Positions 37,979-47,256 of a stretch of DNA of 64,000 bases are shown here, in pieces. This DNA comes from Candidatus Saccharimonadota bacterium (GTDB lineage: Bacteria > Patescibacteriota > Saccharimonadia > Saccharimonadales > UBA10212). The notes under the pieces were generated by a model. That model was not told the DNA's origin, did not search any database, and worked only from the letters and a program-made list of their open reading frames with translations. Position 1 is the first letter of the stretch. Every line of letters begins with the position of its first letter. The stretch lies in contig JALHRM010000003.1 of assembly GCA_022841445.1 (NCBI GenBank), positions 343 to 64,342 on the forward strand, in the 5' to 3' direction. Made by a program: the position numbers and the translations under genes.

Positions 37979-39823
37979 ATGCTGAGGAACTTGTCGCTGT
38001 TGCGACAAACACACCTATCTCAACTAGAGACCTCGCCCCTTATTGCTTGGCTCCGGATAGTCTTGCTGGGTGTGTTTGTTACCTCTACGCTACTTATTAT
38101 TTTGACGGTGATTCCAGTCAGGTCAGTACATGCTGACGTGAACGATTTTGATGTAACAAGCTTTAAGGCTGACTACTACCTTGGTAAGCAATCACCCCAT
38201 GGCAGCATGCGAATCACGGAACGGATTTCAGTCGATTTTAGAGGTCAGAATCACGGTATATTGCGAGCGATTCCAAAATCATATAACGACCATCCGCTTA
38301 ATATTAAAATTGCATCGGTAAAAAAAGCTGATGGTTCGGTGTGGCCATATACGACGTACGACCAGGCTGGCAACTTGGTGCTAAAGATTGGCGACCCTGA
38401 CAGTACCGTTACGGGTCAGCAGCAGTTTAACATTGATTATTCGGTTGAAAACGTAGCAACATTTTACGATACTCATGATGAATTGTTCTGGGATATTAAT
38501 GGCGATCAGTGGTCGCAAAAATTCTTGAATGTTGAAGCAAATTTTCATCTTGGTGAAGGAGTGCTACTCAAGCCTTCGGCGGGCGGAATATCATCGATGT
38601 GTTTGACGGGTAAGTTCGGTTCAAACGAAAGCGCCTGCATAATAGACATCAATGAGAGGCGTGATCTCATTTCGGTGGCATCGACGCGGTCGCTTTACCC
38701 GTTCGAAACGATGAGCGTGGTGTTGGCATTTGATAAGGGGACGTTCGCACCGTATACTTGGCGCGACACTATCCGAGAGCATCTGGCGGATATCATCATC
38801 GGCGCGGCCGCCTTGGTTCTTCTAGTTGCCATAGTCACCTATTTTTGGCGAGTGGGGAAAGACTACGATTTAAAAGCCGGTGTCGTCGCAGAATACGGTC
38901 CGCCTAAAGGTGTTGACGTATTGCAGGCCGGTATATTGGATGATTATAAAATAGATGGTCGTGATATAACGGCCGGAGTTATCGATTTGGCGGTTCATGG
39001 CTATGTGCGAATCAAAGAGGTCGACCATCGAATTCTGAAGATATTCAAACGTACCAAAGTTGATCTGGTACTTATTAACGCTGACACTTCCAAACTCAGT
39101 GAATCACGAGTAGATATATTGAAAGCTTTTTTTCCGGGTATGACCAAAGATGAAGTCACGCCACTTGGTACCTATCAGCCTGCACTTGCCAAAGCGATAC
39201 AGAAGATCGAAGAACAACTAGCTAAGGATTTAACTGACGCAGGAATGTTTGATAAGAACCCCAAAAAGACAAGTGGCAAAATGATTATTTTGATGATTAT
39301 TGCGATTGCGCTTTGTGTACTGTGCATTTTCTTTACGGCTTTCATTGCTTTGATTGTTTCTATTATCGCGGTGATAACGTCGATTGTGTTAATGGCCAAG
39401 ATTCCACGCCGTAGCCGAGCAGGTCAGCGGACGCATCAGGATTTGCAAGGTCTGAAACTATATATCAAGACTGCCGAAAAAGACCGTCTGGCTGCGTTAC
39501 AAAGCAGTAGCGCGCCCTTGGCGGTCAACGCCCATGAACCGGTGCGCAGCGTTGAATTATTCGAAAAACTACTGCCATACGCTATCATTTTTGGGCTCGA
39601 AAAAACTTGGGCTAAGCAGTTCGAATCCATCTACAATACACCACCTGACTGGTACGTCGGTAACTGGGCTACCTTCAGTGCGCTCAGTCTGACCAATAGT
39701 ATTAATACGGCATCAACGGCCATGAGCAGCAGCTTCACGGCTCCGAGTAGCAGTGGCGGATCAGGCTTTAGCGGCGGTAGCGCAGGCGGCGGTGGCGGAG
39801 GGGGCGGCGGCGGTGGCTGGTAA
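37979..39823 (+). CDS. DUF2207-like membrane protein with a large extracellular domain, several TM helices and a C-terminal poly-Gly tail ending in W.
   Basis: The architecture and the GGSGFSGGSAGGGGGGGGGGGW terminus are typical of DUF2207. The start is 2 nt after the ftsX-like stop. Confidence 0.65.
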   Translation: MLRNLSLLRQTHLSQLETSPLIAWLRIVLLGVFVTSTLLIILTVIPVRSVHADVNDFDVTSFKADYYLGKQSPHGSMRITERISVDFRGQNHGILRAIPKSYNDHPLNIKIASVKKADGSVWPYTTYDQAGNLVLKIGDPDSTVTGQQQFNIDYSVENVATFYDTHDELFWDINGDQWSQKFLNVEANFHLGEGVLLKPSAGGISSMCLTGKFGSNESACIIDINERRDLISVASTRSLYPFETMSVVLAFDKGTFAPYTWRDTIREHLADIIIGAAALVLLVAIVTYFWRVGKDYDLKAGVVAEYGPPKGVDVLQAGILDDYKIDGRDITAGVIDLAVHGYVRIKEVDHRILKIFKRTKVDLVLINADTSKLSESRVDILKAFFPGMTKDEVTPLGTYQPALAKAIQKIEEQLAKDLTDAGMFDKNPKKTSGKMIILMIIAIALCVLCIFFTAFIALIVSIIAVITSIVLMAKIPRRSRAGQRTHQDLQGLKLYIKTAEKDRLAALQSSSAPLAVNAHEPVRSVELFEKLLPYAIIFGLEKTWAKQFESIYNTPPDWYVGNWATFSALSLTNSINTASTAMSSSFTAPSSSGGSGFSGGSAGGGGGGGGGGGW

Positions 39824-39832
39824 GGCCGACGT

Positions 39833-40366
39833 TTAAGCCTGTCTCAACTTCGCTTTGAATTTCTCGCGGAATTTCTGTAACTTCGGATTGATGATTATCT
39901 GGCAGTAGCCAACTTGCTGGTTATCCCGATAGAAATTCTGATGATGATCCGGCGCTGGCCAGAATTTCTCCAAAGCTTCTATTTGGGTAACAACTGGATC
40001 ATCCCAAAGCTGTGTTGCGAATATACGCGTCATTTCTTCGGCGATTCGCTTCTGAGTTTCATCATGATAAAAAATTACTGACCGGTATTCGTCTCCAACG
40101 TCGTTACCTTGACGATTAAGCGTTGTCGGATCATGCAAGGTAAAAAATATTTCCAAAATTTCTTTGTAAGTAATAACGTCCTTATCAAAAGTGATCTGTA
40201 CTACTTCTGCATGTCCAGTATCACCTTCATATACCCGCTTGTCTGTCGGACTTTCGACGGTACCGCCGGAGTATCCAGACACAACGGAGCTGACGCCGAT
40301 AACTTCTTGGTATATTGCTTCCAAGCACCAAAAACATCCGCCACCAATTGTTGCAATCTGTTGCAT
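39833..40366 (-). CDS. msrA: Peptide methionine sulfoxide reductase MsrA.
   Basis: GGGCFWCLEAIY active-site motif. I used the second Met (MQQIATIGGG) as the start. Confidence 0.9.
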   Translation of the reverse strand: MQQIATIGGGCFWCLEAIYQEVIGVSSVVSGYSGGTVESPTDKRVYEGDTGHAEVVQITFDKDVITYKEILEIFFTLHDPTTLNRQGNDVGDEYRSVIFYHDETQKRIAEEMTRIFATQLWDDPVVTQIEALEKFWPAPDHHQNFYRDNQQVGYCQIIINPKLQKFREKFKAKLRQA

Positions 40367-40459
40367 ATTATAAGTATAACTTAGATAAAAAACCACCGTG
40401 CTGGCGGGGATGTCAGCACGGTGGATCTCTCCGACCAGGCATATTTTGTTTAAATAAAG

Positions 40460-40954
40460 CTACATGGGTGCGTGACCATGGCTGCCGCGACTACCAAAGC
40501 CGCCTTCGCCACGGGCTGGCATGATAACGCTCAGGTCTATGCCGTTTTCAGCAGCCCACTTGTCCAACTCAGCTTTTTTAGCTTCCATCTCAGCCCGTGT
40601 GGGTCGGGTGCCACTATCACGGTTAGCTTCGCGCTCGGCCTTCATCGTAGAAAATTTTTCGATAATCAAAGTCTTTTGCTCAGCGGTGATTTTGCCTTGG
40701 CTTACCAAAGCATCCAGCCGTTCGTTAAATCTTTGTTCGTGTTCAACCCGATGTTCAGCGCGAGCTTCGTCGAAGACTTTCTGAACCTCGGCTTTGTCGA
40801 CGTTAAACTTATCGGCAATTTTCTGTACCAGCGACGACATTGGACTGCTATTGGCATTAGTATTGTCAGCAGCCAGCGCCGTGCCAGCAACGCCGGTTAG
40901 ACCAATAACTCCAGCGGTCATTGCTCCGGCTACTAATTTTTTGTTAACTCGCAT
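40460..40954 (-). CDS. Secreted CpxP/Spy-like (LTXXQ-motif) periplasmic protein.
   Basis: Signal peptide ending AGTALA, then a helical Glu/Lys/Arg-rich body with KITAEQKTLI and VDKAEVQKVF LTxxQ-like motifs. It is transcribed divergently from the OmpR/HK pair. Confidence 0.5.
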   Translation of the reverse strand: MRVNKKLVAGAMTAGVIGLTGVAGTALAADNTNANSSPMSSLVQKIADKFNVDKAEVQKVFDEARAEHRVEHEQRFNERLDALVSQGKITAEQKTLIIEKFSTMKAEREANRDSGTRPTRAEMEAKKAELDKWAAENGIDLSVIMPARGEGGFGSRGSHGHAPM

Positions 40955-41111
40955 TGGCTTTTCCTCTCTATTATTTAGTGATACACACATCTATGCAATG
41001 TGTGTGGTTGGTAGTATGGAGTTCGGCTCTGAGAGTTTTCTTAAATGCGAAAGATTTTTTCTCAGAATGTTTTCAGTAATATATTGCTAGTATGAATATA
41101 CGAAAGAGCCT

Positions 41112-41795
41112 ATGCGAATACTTGTAGTAGAAGATGAAGTAAAAATAGCCGGCGCCATCAAGCGCGGCCTGGAACAAGAAGCCTATGCAGTGGATATGGA
41201 ACATGACGGCGATAGTGGATTAGGCGCTGCAAAGAGTCAGCCCTATGATTTGATTATTCTTGACCGTATGCTCCCGGGAGGATTTGATGGCATTGCGATT
41301 GCCCGTGAGCTCAGGGCAAGTGGTAAAAAAGTTCCGGTGCTCATGCTCACTGCTAAGGATGCGGTGTCTGATAGGGTCGGAGGCTTGGATGCTGGCGCCG
41401 ATGATTATTTGGTTAAACCATTTGCTTTTGAAGAACTGCTGGCCAGAGTTCGGGCGCTGTTGAGACGACCTGAGCCACAATCTGCAGGTGTTCTTACTTA
41501 CAAGGATATCGAAGTAAATATCGTCACAAAGGCAGTTAAGCGAGCAGGGCGATCGATAGATTTAACCCGGAAAGAGTATGCTCTATTGGAATATTTTCTA
41601 CGTAACCCGGAAGTTGTTCTGTCGAAGCAACAACTCACTGAACACGTTTGGAATTTTGACGCTGATATATTACCCAATACTGTCGAGGTCTATGTCGGTT
41701 ATTTGCGCAGCAAAGTCGAAAAGCCATTTAATGATAAGCCACTGTTGTTCCATACTAAACGAGGGTTTGGATACATCATGAAAGAACAGGTCTAG
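41112..41795 (+). CDS. OmpR-family two-component response regulator.
   Basis: Receiver domain (MRILVVEDE...DLIILDRMLPGGFDG) plus a winged-helix output domain. Confidence 0.92.
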   Translation: MRILVVEDEVKIAGAIKRGLEQEAYAVDMEHDGDSGLGAAKSQPYDLIILDRMLPGGFDGIAIARELRASGKKVPVLMLTAKDAVSDRVGGLDAGADDYLVKPFAFEELLARVRALLRRPEPQSAGVLTYKDIEVNIVTKAVKRAGRSIDLTRKEYALLEYFLRNPEVVLSKQQLTEHVWNFDADILPNTVEVYVGYLRSKVEKPFNDKPLLFHTKRGFGYIMKEQV

Positions 41796-41796
41796 T

Positions 41797-42804
41797 ATGA
41801 ACGTCTTTAGCGCCGCAGTGCGTAAATTAACACTGCAATATCTGGCCGTCATCATGGTGCTGAGTCTGATATTCAGTTTTGTACTGTACCAAGTTGCCAA
41901 CCGCGAAATCACCGGCAGTATTCGAGGTCAAGGCCGCATGATTATAGAACGTAGCGGTGGATTTTTAGACCGCAGGGAGATCAACCGCATTCTTCAGCGT
42001 GAGCAGACACTCGCTCGTCAGCGGCTGGTTGGAAGACTTATTGTGTTCAATGTCGTGGTACTCGGTGCAGGGGCATTAGCCAGCTACTATTTAGCGAGGG
42101 AAACAATGGTACCTCTGGAAAAATCGGTGGAAGCTCAAGCGCGCTTTACTGCTGATGCTAGCCACGAACTACGCACACCACTTACTGCTATGCGAACCGA
42201 AATTGAGGTCGCACTGCGGTCTAAAAAACTATCGACCAGTGAAAGTAAACAACTATTAACGAGTAATTTGGAAGAGGTAAATCGTCTCGAATCGCTCGTT
42301 GGCGGGCTGCTTGCACTGGCTCGACTACCGGGCGGTTCAGTGATTAAGCAGAAGGTAGAGCTTGCCCCGATTGTTGACAAGGTTGTGCTACGACTGCGAC
42401 CAATAAGTGACCAGCGTTCAATCACTGTGCAAACCAGTATTCCACAAAGCCTTGCCGTTATTGCCAGCAATGACGCTGTTGATCGGACGCTTACAATTCT
42501 TTTGGATAATGCCATCAAGTACAGTTTAAAGGGTGGTATGATCGATATCCGAGCGTCACGTTACGTAAAGCAAGTACGGATTTCAGTCACTGACAGTGGT
42601 GTGGGTATTAAGCCATCAGACCAGGCACATATTTTTGAGCGGTTTTACCGGGCTGATCAGTCTCGCACGACAAGCGGCCAGAGTGGGTATGGGTTGGGAC
42701 TAGCTATTGCTCGTGAAACAGTTGAACTATATGGCGGTAGAATAGTCGTAAAAAGCCAACCCGGCAAAGGGAGTACGTTTACAGTCAGCTTGCCGAGTGC
42801 ATAA
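41797..42804 (+). CDS. Sensor histidine kinase (HisKA + HATPase_c) with two N-terminal TM helices.
   Basis: H-box FTADASHELRTPLTAM plus N, G1 and G2 boxes (GYGLGLAIARE). The start is 2 nt after the RR stop. Confidence 0.92.
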   Translation: MNVFSAAVRKLTLQYLAVIMVLSLIFSFVLYQVANREITGSIRGQGRMIIERSGGFLDRREINRILQREQTLARQRLVGRLIVFNVVVLGAGALASYYLARETMVPLEKSVEAQARFTADASHELRTPLTAMRTEIEVALRSKKLSTSESKQLLTSNLEEVNRLESLVGGLLALARLPGGSVIKQKVELAPIVDKVVLRLRPISDQRSITVQTSIPQSLAVIASNDAVDRTLTILLDNAIKYSLKGGMIDIRASRYVKQVRISVTDSGVGIKPSDQAHIFERFYRADQSRTTSGQSGYGLGLAIARETVELYGGRIVVKSQPGKGSTFTVSLPSA

Positions 42805-42851
42805 TTGCAGGTGCATGCTATACTAATCGTGTTAGTGTTTAACAATTTGAA

Positions 42852-42958
42852 ATATCAAGAGTGCAGTGAAGGGAACGAGCCCGTTAGTAAGCTGCCGGCA
42901 ACCTGGTTTTTATGCTAAGGTGCCAATTCTCGCCCGAAGCCGGGAAAGATGTGCATAT
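42852..42958 (+). promoter_or_regulatory. SAM-I (S-box) riboswitch in the metK leader.
   Basis: ATCAAGAGtGcaGtGAAGGGAacgaGCCCgttagtaaGCtgccGGCAACC ... AAGGTGCCAATTCtc ... AAAGATG matches the SAM-I P1/P2/P3/P4 consensus blocks. Confidence 0.8.
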
Positions 42959-42962
42959 CAAC

Positions 42963-43004
42963 AATCCTTTCCGGTTATACAAAATAACTTCGAAAGGATT
43001 TTTT
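42963..43004 (+). terminator. Intrinsic terminator / riboswitch expression platform (aatcctttc ... gaaaggatt + TTTT).
   Basis: 9-bp inverted repeat followed by a T-run that ends 2 nt before the metK ATG. Confidence 0.6.
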
Positions 43005-43005
43005 A

Positions 43006-44109
43006 ATGTCACATCATTTTGCATCAGAATCAGTCTGCGCCGGTCACCCGGATAAAATTTGCGATCAAATCAGCGATGCTATTGTCGATGCAGCGCTTCA
43101 GCAAGATCCAAATGCTCGGCTTGGTATTGAGACGATGGCTGGACATAATCAAGTAATTTTAGCCGGTGAAATACGTACTACCGCCAAGCTTGACTATGAA
43201 GCCATCGCTCGTGAGCAAATAAAAAAACTAGGCTACACCAAACCGGAATGGAATTTTAGCGACCAGTCGCCTGTGCAAGTATTGATCCACGAACAGTCAC
43301 CAGAAATCGCTGTTGGTGTTGATGCTGAAGGGGCGGGCGACCAGGGCATGATGTTCGGCTATGCCGTCAAGGATACTCCCGAGCTTATGCCGCTACCTAT
43401 CTTGCTGGCACACCGGCTTACCAAGGCTATCGATGATGCCCGGGAGACCGGCAAGCTCGCTTATTTGCGCCCGGACGGCAAAGCCCAAGTTGTTGTCGAA
43501 TACGAAAACGACAAACCAATCGGTATTTCGCATGTCACAACCGCTGTGCCACATGACGAAGATATAACCCTCGAACAGGTAAAACAGGATGTGTACGATC
43601 AGATTGTGAGCCCTGTTCTGGATCAATATGGTTATGGTGTTGATCTAGAGCAATTGATTGTAAATGGGACTGGGGTCTGGCATCACCCGGGTCCGGATTC
43701 GGACGCTGGTCTGACTGGTCGCAAAATTGTTGTTGATACGTACGGCGGCTATGCCCGAGTTGGCGGCGGCGCATTTAGTGGTAAAGATCCGAGCAAGGTC
43801 GACCGTTCTGGTGCCTATGCCGCTCGTTACATCGCAAAAAATATTGTAGCTCATGATCTGGCCGGCGAAGCCGAAGTTCGCTTAGCATACTACATCGGCG
43901 GCAAAGCGCCGGTGATGCTCGATATCGAAACCTTTGGGAGCGCAAAGAGCAGTGAAAAAGCTATCGCTGACTTTGCAGCTGGACTCCTCACGCCATCCGT
44001 TTCCGGAATTATTGAAGCACTTGATTTACGTCGACCTATCTATCTAAATACCGCCGCATACGGTCACTTTGGCCGCAATGACTTCCCGTGGGAAGCTATC
44101 ACTCACTAG
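43006..44109 (+). CDS. metK: S-adenosylmethionine synthetase.
   Basis: ESVCAGHPDKICDQISDAIVDA and GGGAFSGKDPSKVDRSGAYAARY motifs. Confidence 0.93.
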   Translation: MSHHFASESVCAGHPDKICDQISDAIVDAALQQDPNARLGIETMAGHNQVILAGEIRTTAKLDYEAIAREQIKKLGYTKPEWNFSDQSPVQVLIHEQSPEIAVGVDAEGAGDQGMMFGYAVKDTPELMPLPILLAHRLTKAIDDARETGKLAYLRPDGKAQVVVEYENDKPIGISHVTTAVPHDEDITLEQVKQDVYDQIVSPVLDQYGYGVDLEQLIVNGTGVWHHPGPDSDAGLTGRKIVVDTYGGYARVGGGAFSGKDPSKVDRSGAYAARYIAKNIVAHDLAGEAEVRLAYYIGGKAPVMLDIETFGSAKSSEKAIADFAAGLLTPSVSGIIEALDLRRPIYLNTAAYGHFGRNDFPWEAITH

Positions 44110-44179
44110 TATCTGCTAAAAACCTTAGCTACGACAAAAAGCACTCATGCTTGCCGATAAAAGCAATAAGTAGTAGTAT

Positions 44180-45013
44180 TTGTCAAATATGAGTGAAGTA
44201 CCAGCGGGCGTCGCCTTTAAGTCGCACGAGGGACTAAGAGATCCCTTCGCCAATACACCCGAAGCCCTGGCGGCAACACGCGTTCTTGGGCGCGTAATCC
44301 CATTCACACTTGGACATCTGGCTTCACAGTTGGTAGAAAGAGGTGAAATCCAGCCGTCGCGAAGAGCAGTTTGTGATTATTTAGCTATTACGCCCGAAGA
44401 ATTGGGTGATAGTTATGTATATTCGGACAGAGAGCAAGTCCGGCGATTTATTTATAGACAGATAGACCGCGCCAAAGTAGAGCTCGATCCTGGCTATAGG
44501 CTACATGTTGCACATATAGGGGCTGAACTCGAAGGCTACAAAGTAACAGATGAGGAAAAAGTAATCGCTGTGGCTAAGGTTGAAAGACGGATAGATGAGT
44601 CTGAAGCGACATATGCTCTGCAGGACGCCGTCGACGAACAAAACGCCGGACACCGCATGAGGGAACCCGTAGAAGTCATTCCACCAGAAGTACAACGTGA
44701 ACTCTTCATACTTCGCATGAAGAGTAGTGCATTGAGAACTGGCATCGCAGCTCCGTTGTCCGCAGTGCTTGGTGCTGCGCTCAGTTATGAGGGCTATACC
44801 CCCTTCTCTAGTGCGGATATAGTCGACGCGGTTGATGATATTGTGTTTGCCGCAGGTGATCTAGATCCAGATCTGCCACTATCTGAAGTAACTCTCGGTC
44901 AATGGGAAATCGACTCATTCCTTGAAGGCCTGCATCGAGCTTTCAGGAGCATATACTGGATGCGCGGAATGAAAAAAGTGGACATCCTCGAATCACTCAT
45001 CTATACATCGTAA
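44180..45013 (+). CDS. Hypothetical protein (277 aa), no recognised domain. The 5' half is GC-rich (about 60%).
   Basis: Clean ORF with coding-like codon structure. Confidence 0.45.
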   Translation: MSNMSEVPAGVAFKSHEGLRDPFANTPEALAATRVLGRVIPFTLGHLASQLVERGEIQPSRRAVCDYLAITPEELGDSYVYSDREQVRRFIYRQIDRAKVELDPGYRLHVAHIGAELEGYKVTDEEKVIAVAKVERRIDESEATYALQDAVDEQNAGHRMREPVEVIPPEVQRELFILRMKSSALRTGIAAPLSAVLGAALSYEGYTPFSSADIVDAVDDIVFAAGDLDPDLPLSEVTLGQWEIDSFLEGLHRAFRSIYWMRGMKKVDILESLIYTS

Positions 45014-45022
45014 AGCGTGCAA

Positions 45023-45397
45023 CTACTCAGTAGCTTGTAGTACATATTTGCCAAGAGCCTCGGCGTAATTCCATTCCCGGGGCAGTATCTCGCCGCGTTG
45101 ATGGTGAGGAGAAACAAGTAATGTATCGAATCCATCAGGTTTAAATGTAACTAAAAAGTTAAGCAGATTTAAGGCGGGATCATGGCTGTGTCGACGCCAG
45201 GCATCCACTCTATACTTAATTTCTCCAGTTCGGTCTACGATAGGACTGATGGCAACGTCGGTTGGGGGTCGTTCTTCTGTCCAACCCTCAGCAGCAATAA
45301 TTAAAAAAAGAGGCCTGCGTAAGGCCTCGATGTCGAGCGTTGGACTTGGCGGCGTGTACGTCTCGTTTCCCGGGAAGTAAAAATGCAGATCTGCCAT
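45023..45397 (-). CDS. Hypothetical protein (124 aa).
   Basis: ORF on the minus strand, convergent with the 44180 gene. Confidence 0.4.
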   Translation of the reverse strand: MADLHFYFPGNETYTPPSPTLDIEALRRPLFLIIAAEGWTEERPPTDVAISPIVDRTGEIKYRVDAWRRHSHDPALNLLNFLVTFKPDGFDTLLVSPHHQRGEILPREWNYAEALGKYVLQATE

Positions 45398-45434
45398 ACT
45401 TAATTATAAACATGTCGCTAAGAATATAAAACGC

Positions 45435-45683
45435 ATGCATGACAGAAGGAAAGTAACCATGGACAAAAAGACGGACAAAAAAGTAACTCGTACCAACCCT
45501 GAATTATGGGAAGATTGCAAAATAGAAGCTCTGGAAAAAATGAACGGCGTGTTCTCGGCGCGGGCGATGCAATATGCCGTCCAGCTCTACAAAAAACGCG
45601 GGGGTGGTTATACAGGAGAAAAAAGCCCGATTAATTCGCTCGACTCATGGCAGAAGCGGCAAAGTAAGTCCGATAAATCCTGA
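45435..45683 (+). CDS. Small conserved basic protein (82 aa) with a YKKRGGG motif (DUF5872-like).
   Basis: ...AMQYAVQLYKKRGGGYTGEK...LDSWQK resembles a small-protein family common in phages and small genomes. Confidence 0.4.
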   Translation: MHDRRKVTMDKKTDKKVTRTNPELWEDCKIEALEKMNGVFSARAMQYAVQLYKKRGGGYTGEKSPINSLDSWQKRQSKSDKS

Positions 45684-45716
45684 TCAAGTTGCGGTTACGC
45701 TTGCCATTACTTTAGA

Positions 45717-46367
45717 ATGATGGATATGGGCAAGGGAAAAGTCGTTGGTTTGGTGTTTGGGTGCCTAGTGGCAAGCTTTGGATTAACTATTGGCGGATTA
45801 TACGGCTGGCAAGAATTAAAACAGCTCCAAGCTAGTCGCTCTGGTACGGTAGATGACGGCCTGCAGCTAGCGTCTGGCGCTGTTAATGCGATTAACCCTG
45901 CCAAAACACTGGCCGCAAATGATACCAAAAGCGATCCACTTAATGACGCTACTTCTACAGCGACAGACGGTATCGCTTCTTCTGTTCCGAAACCAAGCGA
46001 ATTCAAACAATATGATAAGTACAAAGATGCCAAAGATGCCTTGTTTGGTGATATCAAGGTGGGAACCGGCAATGATATAAAGGCCGGCAGCAAAGTAACG
46101 ATTGTTTATAAAGGCTGGCTAACGGATGGTACAGTATTTGATGAAAGCAAACCGACTGGGCCTAACGGTCGCTTAGTGGGGTTACAATTTACCGAAGGCA
46201 ACCATGAGGTCATTGCAGGGATGGAGCAGGCCATCTTTGGCGCAAAAGCCGGAGGTGTAAGGCGTTTAATTATTCCACCGGCCGTCGGCTACGGGGCGCT
46301 TGGGCAGGGAAACGTGCCGGGCAATAGTGTGCTAATTTTCGATGTCGAAATTATTTCAGTCGAATGA
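45717..46367 (+). CDS. FKBP-type peptidyl-prolyl cis-trans isomerase with an N-terminal membrane anchor.
   Basis: VTIVYKGWLTDGTVFDES...GVRRLIIPPAVGYGALG...LIFDVEI matches the FKBP fold. Confidence 0.88.
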   Translation: MMDMGKGKVVGLVFGCLVASFGLTIGGLYGWQELKQLQASRSGTVDDGLQLASGAVNAINPAKTLAANDTKSDPLNDATSTATDGIASSVPKPSEFKQYDKYKDAKDALFGDIKVGTGNDIKAGSKVTIVYKGWLTDGTVFDESKPTGPNGRLVGLQFTEGNHEVIAGMEQAIFGAKAGGVRRLIIPPAVGYGALGQGNVPGNSVLIFDVEIISVE

Positions 46368-46440
46368 TGTTCATTTTGTTAGTTTTGCAATAACCTTATT
46401 AGGGTGGTACCATGCCCTCATAAACTTAAACATAAAAAAT

Positions 46441-47052
46441 ATGAAGCAAACAAAAAACTCAAACGGATTTTCGCACCAGATACTAATTGCGCTAATAGTA
46501 ATTGTAGGATTTGTCGGATTCGCCGGCGGGTATGTCTACAATGTCCAGCAAAAGCAAGCTGCTGAAAATCGGGCAGCTGAAGCTGCCCGAGATAAGGACG
46601 CCCAGCAGATAAAAGTAAAAACAACCGAAACAGCCGAAAAGACAGTAGAAATTCCGCAGCCGGTAGCCGAAACAAAACCGGTCGAGACTGCTCCTGCACC
46701 CGCTCCGGCACCAACAAAAACTACAAAAACAGAACCGGCAAAAACAAAGACCCAACCCACGATCACATACGTCACAATTACATCAGTCAGTGCCGATGTG
46801 AGCACGGAAAATGTCATTATAAACGCCGTATTGCCTGGTAATTACAGTGGGTACTGTAAGGTATTGGTCAAAATGGAAGACGGCAGCAATGCCCAGTGGT
46901 TCGAAAACGCGTTTGGCCCGGGCAGTAGCTGTGGCGTGGCAGTGCCTAAGTCTAAGTTGATTGCTTCGACTACTTGGAAATATTACACCTATATGAAAAC
47001 TTCCGACGGTCTCACTAAAGGCGAAGCCGCTCCTGCTAGTTTCTCCCTATAA
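46441..47052 (+). CDS. Membrane-anchored hypothetical protein with an Ala/Pro/Thr/Lys-rich linker and a C-terminal globular domain.
   Basis: TM helix ILIALIVIVGFVGFAGG followed by low-complexity PAPAPAPTKTTKTEPAKTKTQP. I used ATG 46441; the ORF opens at 46342. Confidence 0.45.
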   Translation: MKQTKNSNGFSHQILIALIVIVGFVGFAGGYVYNVQQKQAAENRAAEAARDKDAQQIKVKTTETAEKTVEIPQPVAETKPVETAPAPAPAPTKTTKTEPAKTKTQPTITYVTITSVSADVSTENVIINAVLPGNYSGYCKVLVKMEDGSNAQWFENAFGPGSSCGVAVPKSKLIASTTWKYYTYMKTSDGLTKGEAAPASFSL

Positions 47053-47256
47053 GACCTGCATACCCGAGCTTTAAGTCCTTAATTCAAAATGTATGTTTCA
47101 TTACAGCCACACCAAGCTTATGTGGATATACTCAAACTCATGCTGTTTTTTCGACGACTCATTACATATCGATTACTGTTTAGTGTAGGGTTTAAACTTG
47201 CCCGCTGGCTGTGGCAAAAGAACCAGGCTGCCAAACACCGCCCCAGATAGGATTTT

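Noticed and set aside
40472-40900. Plus-strand ORFs antisense to the CpxP-like gene.
   Set aside because: The minus-strand gene has a signal peptide and coherent helical composition. The antisense ORFs lack any such features.
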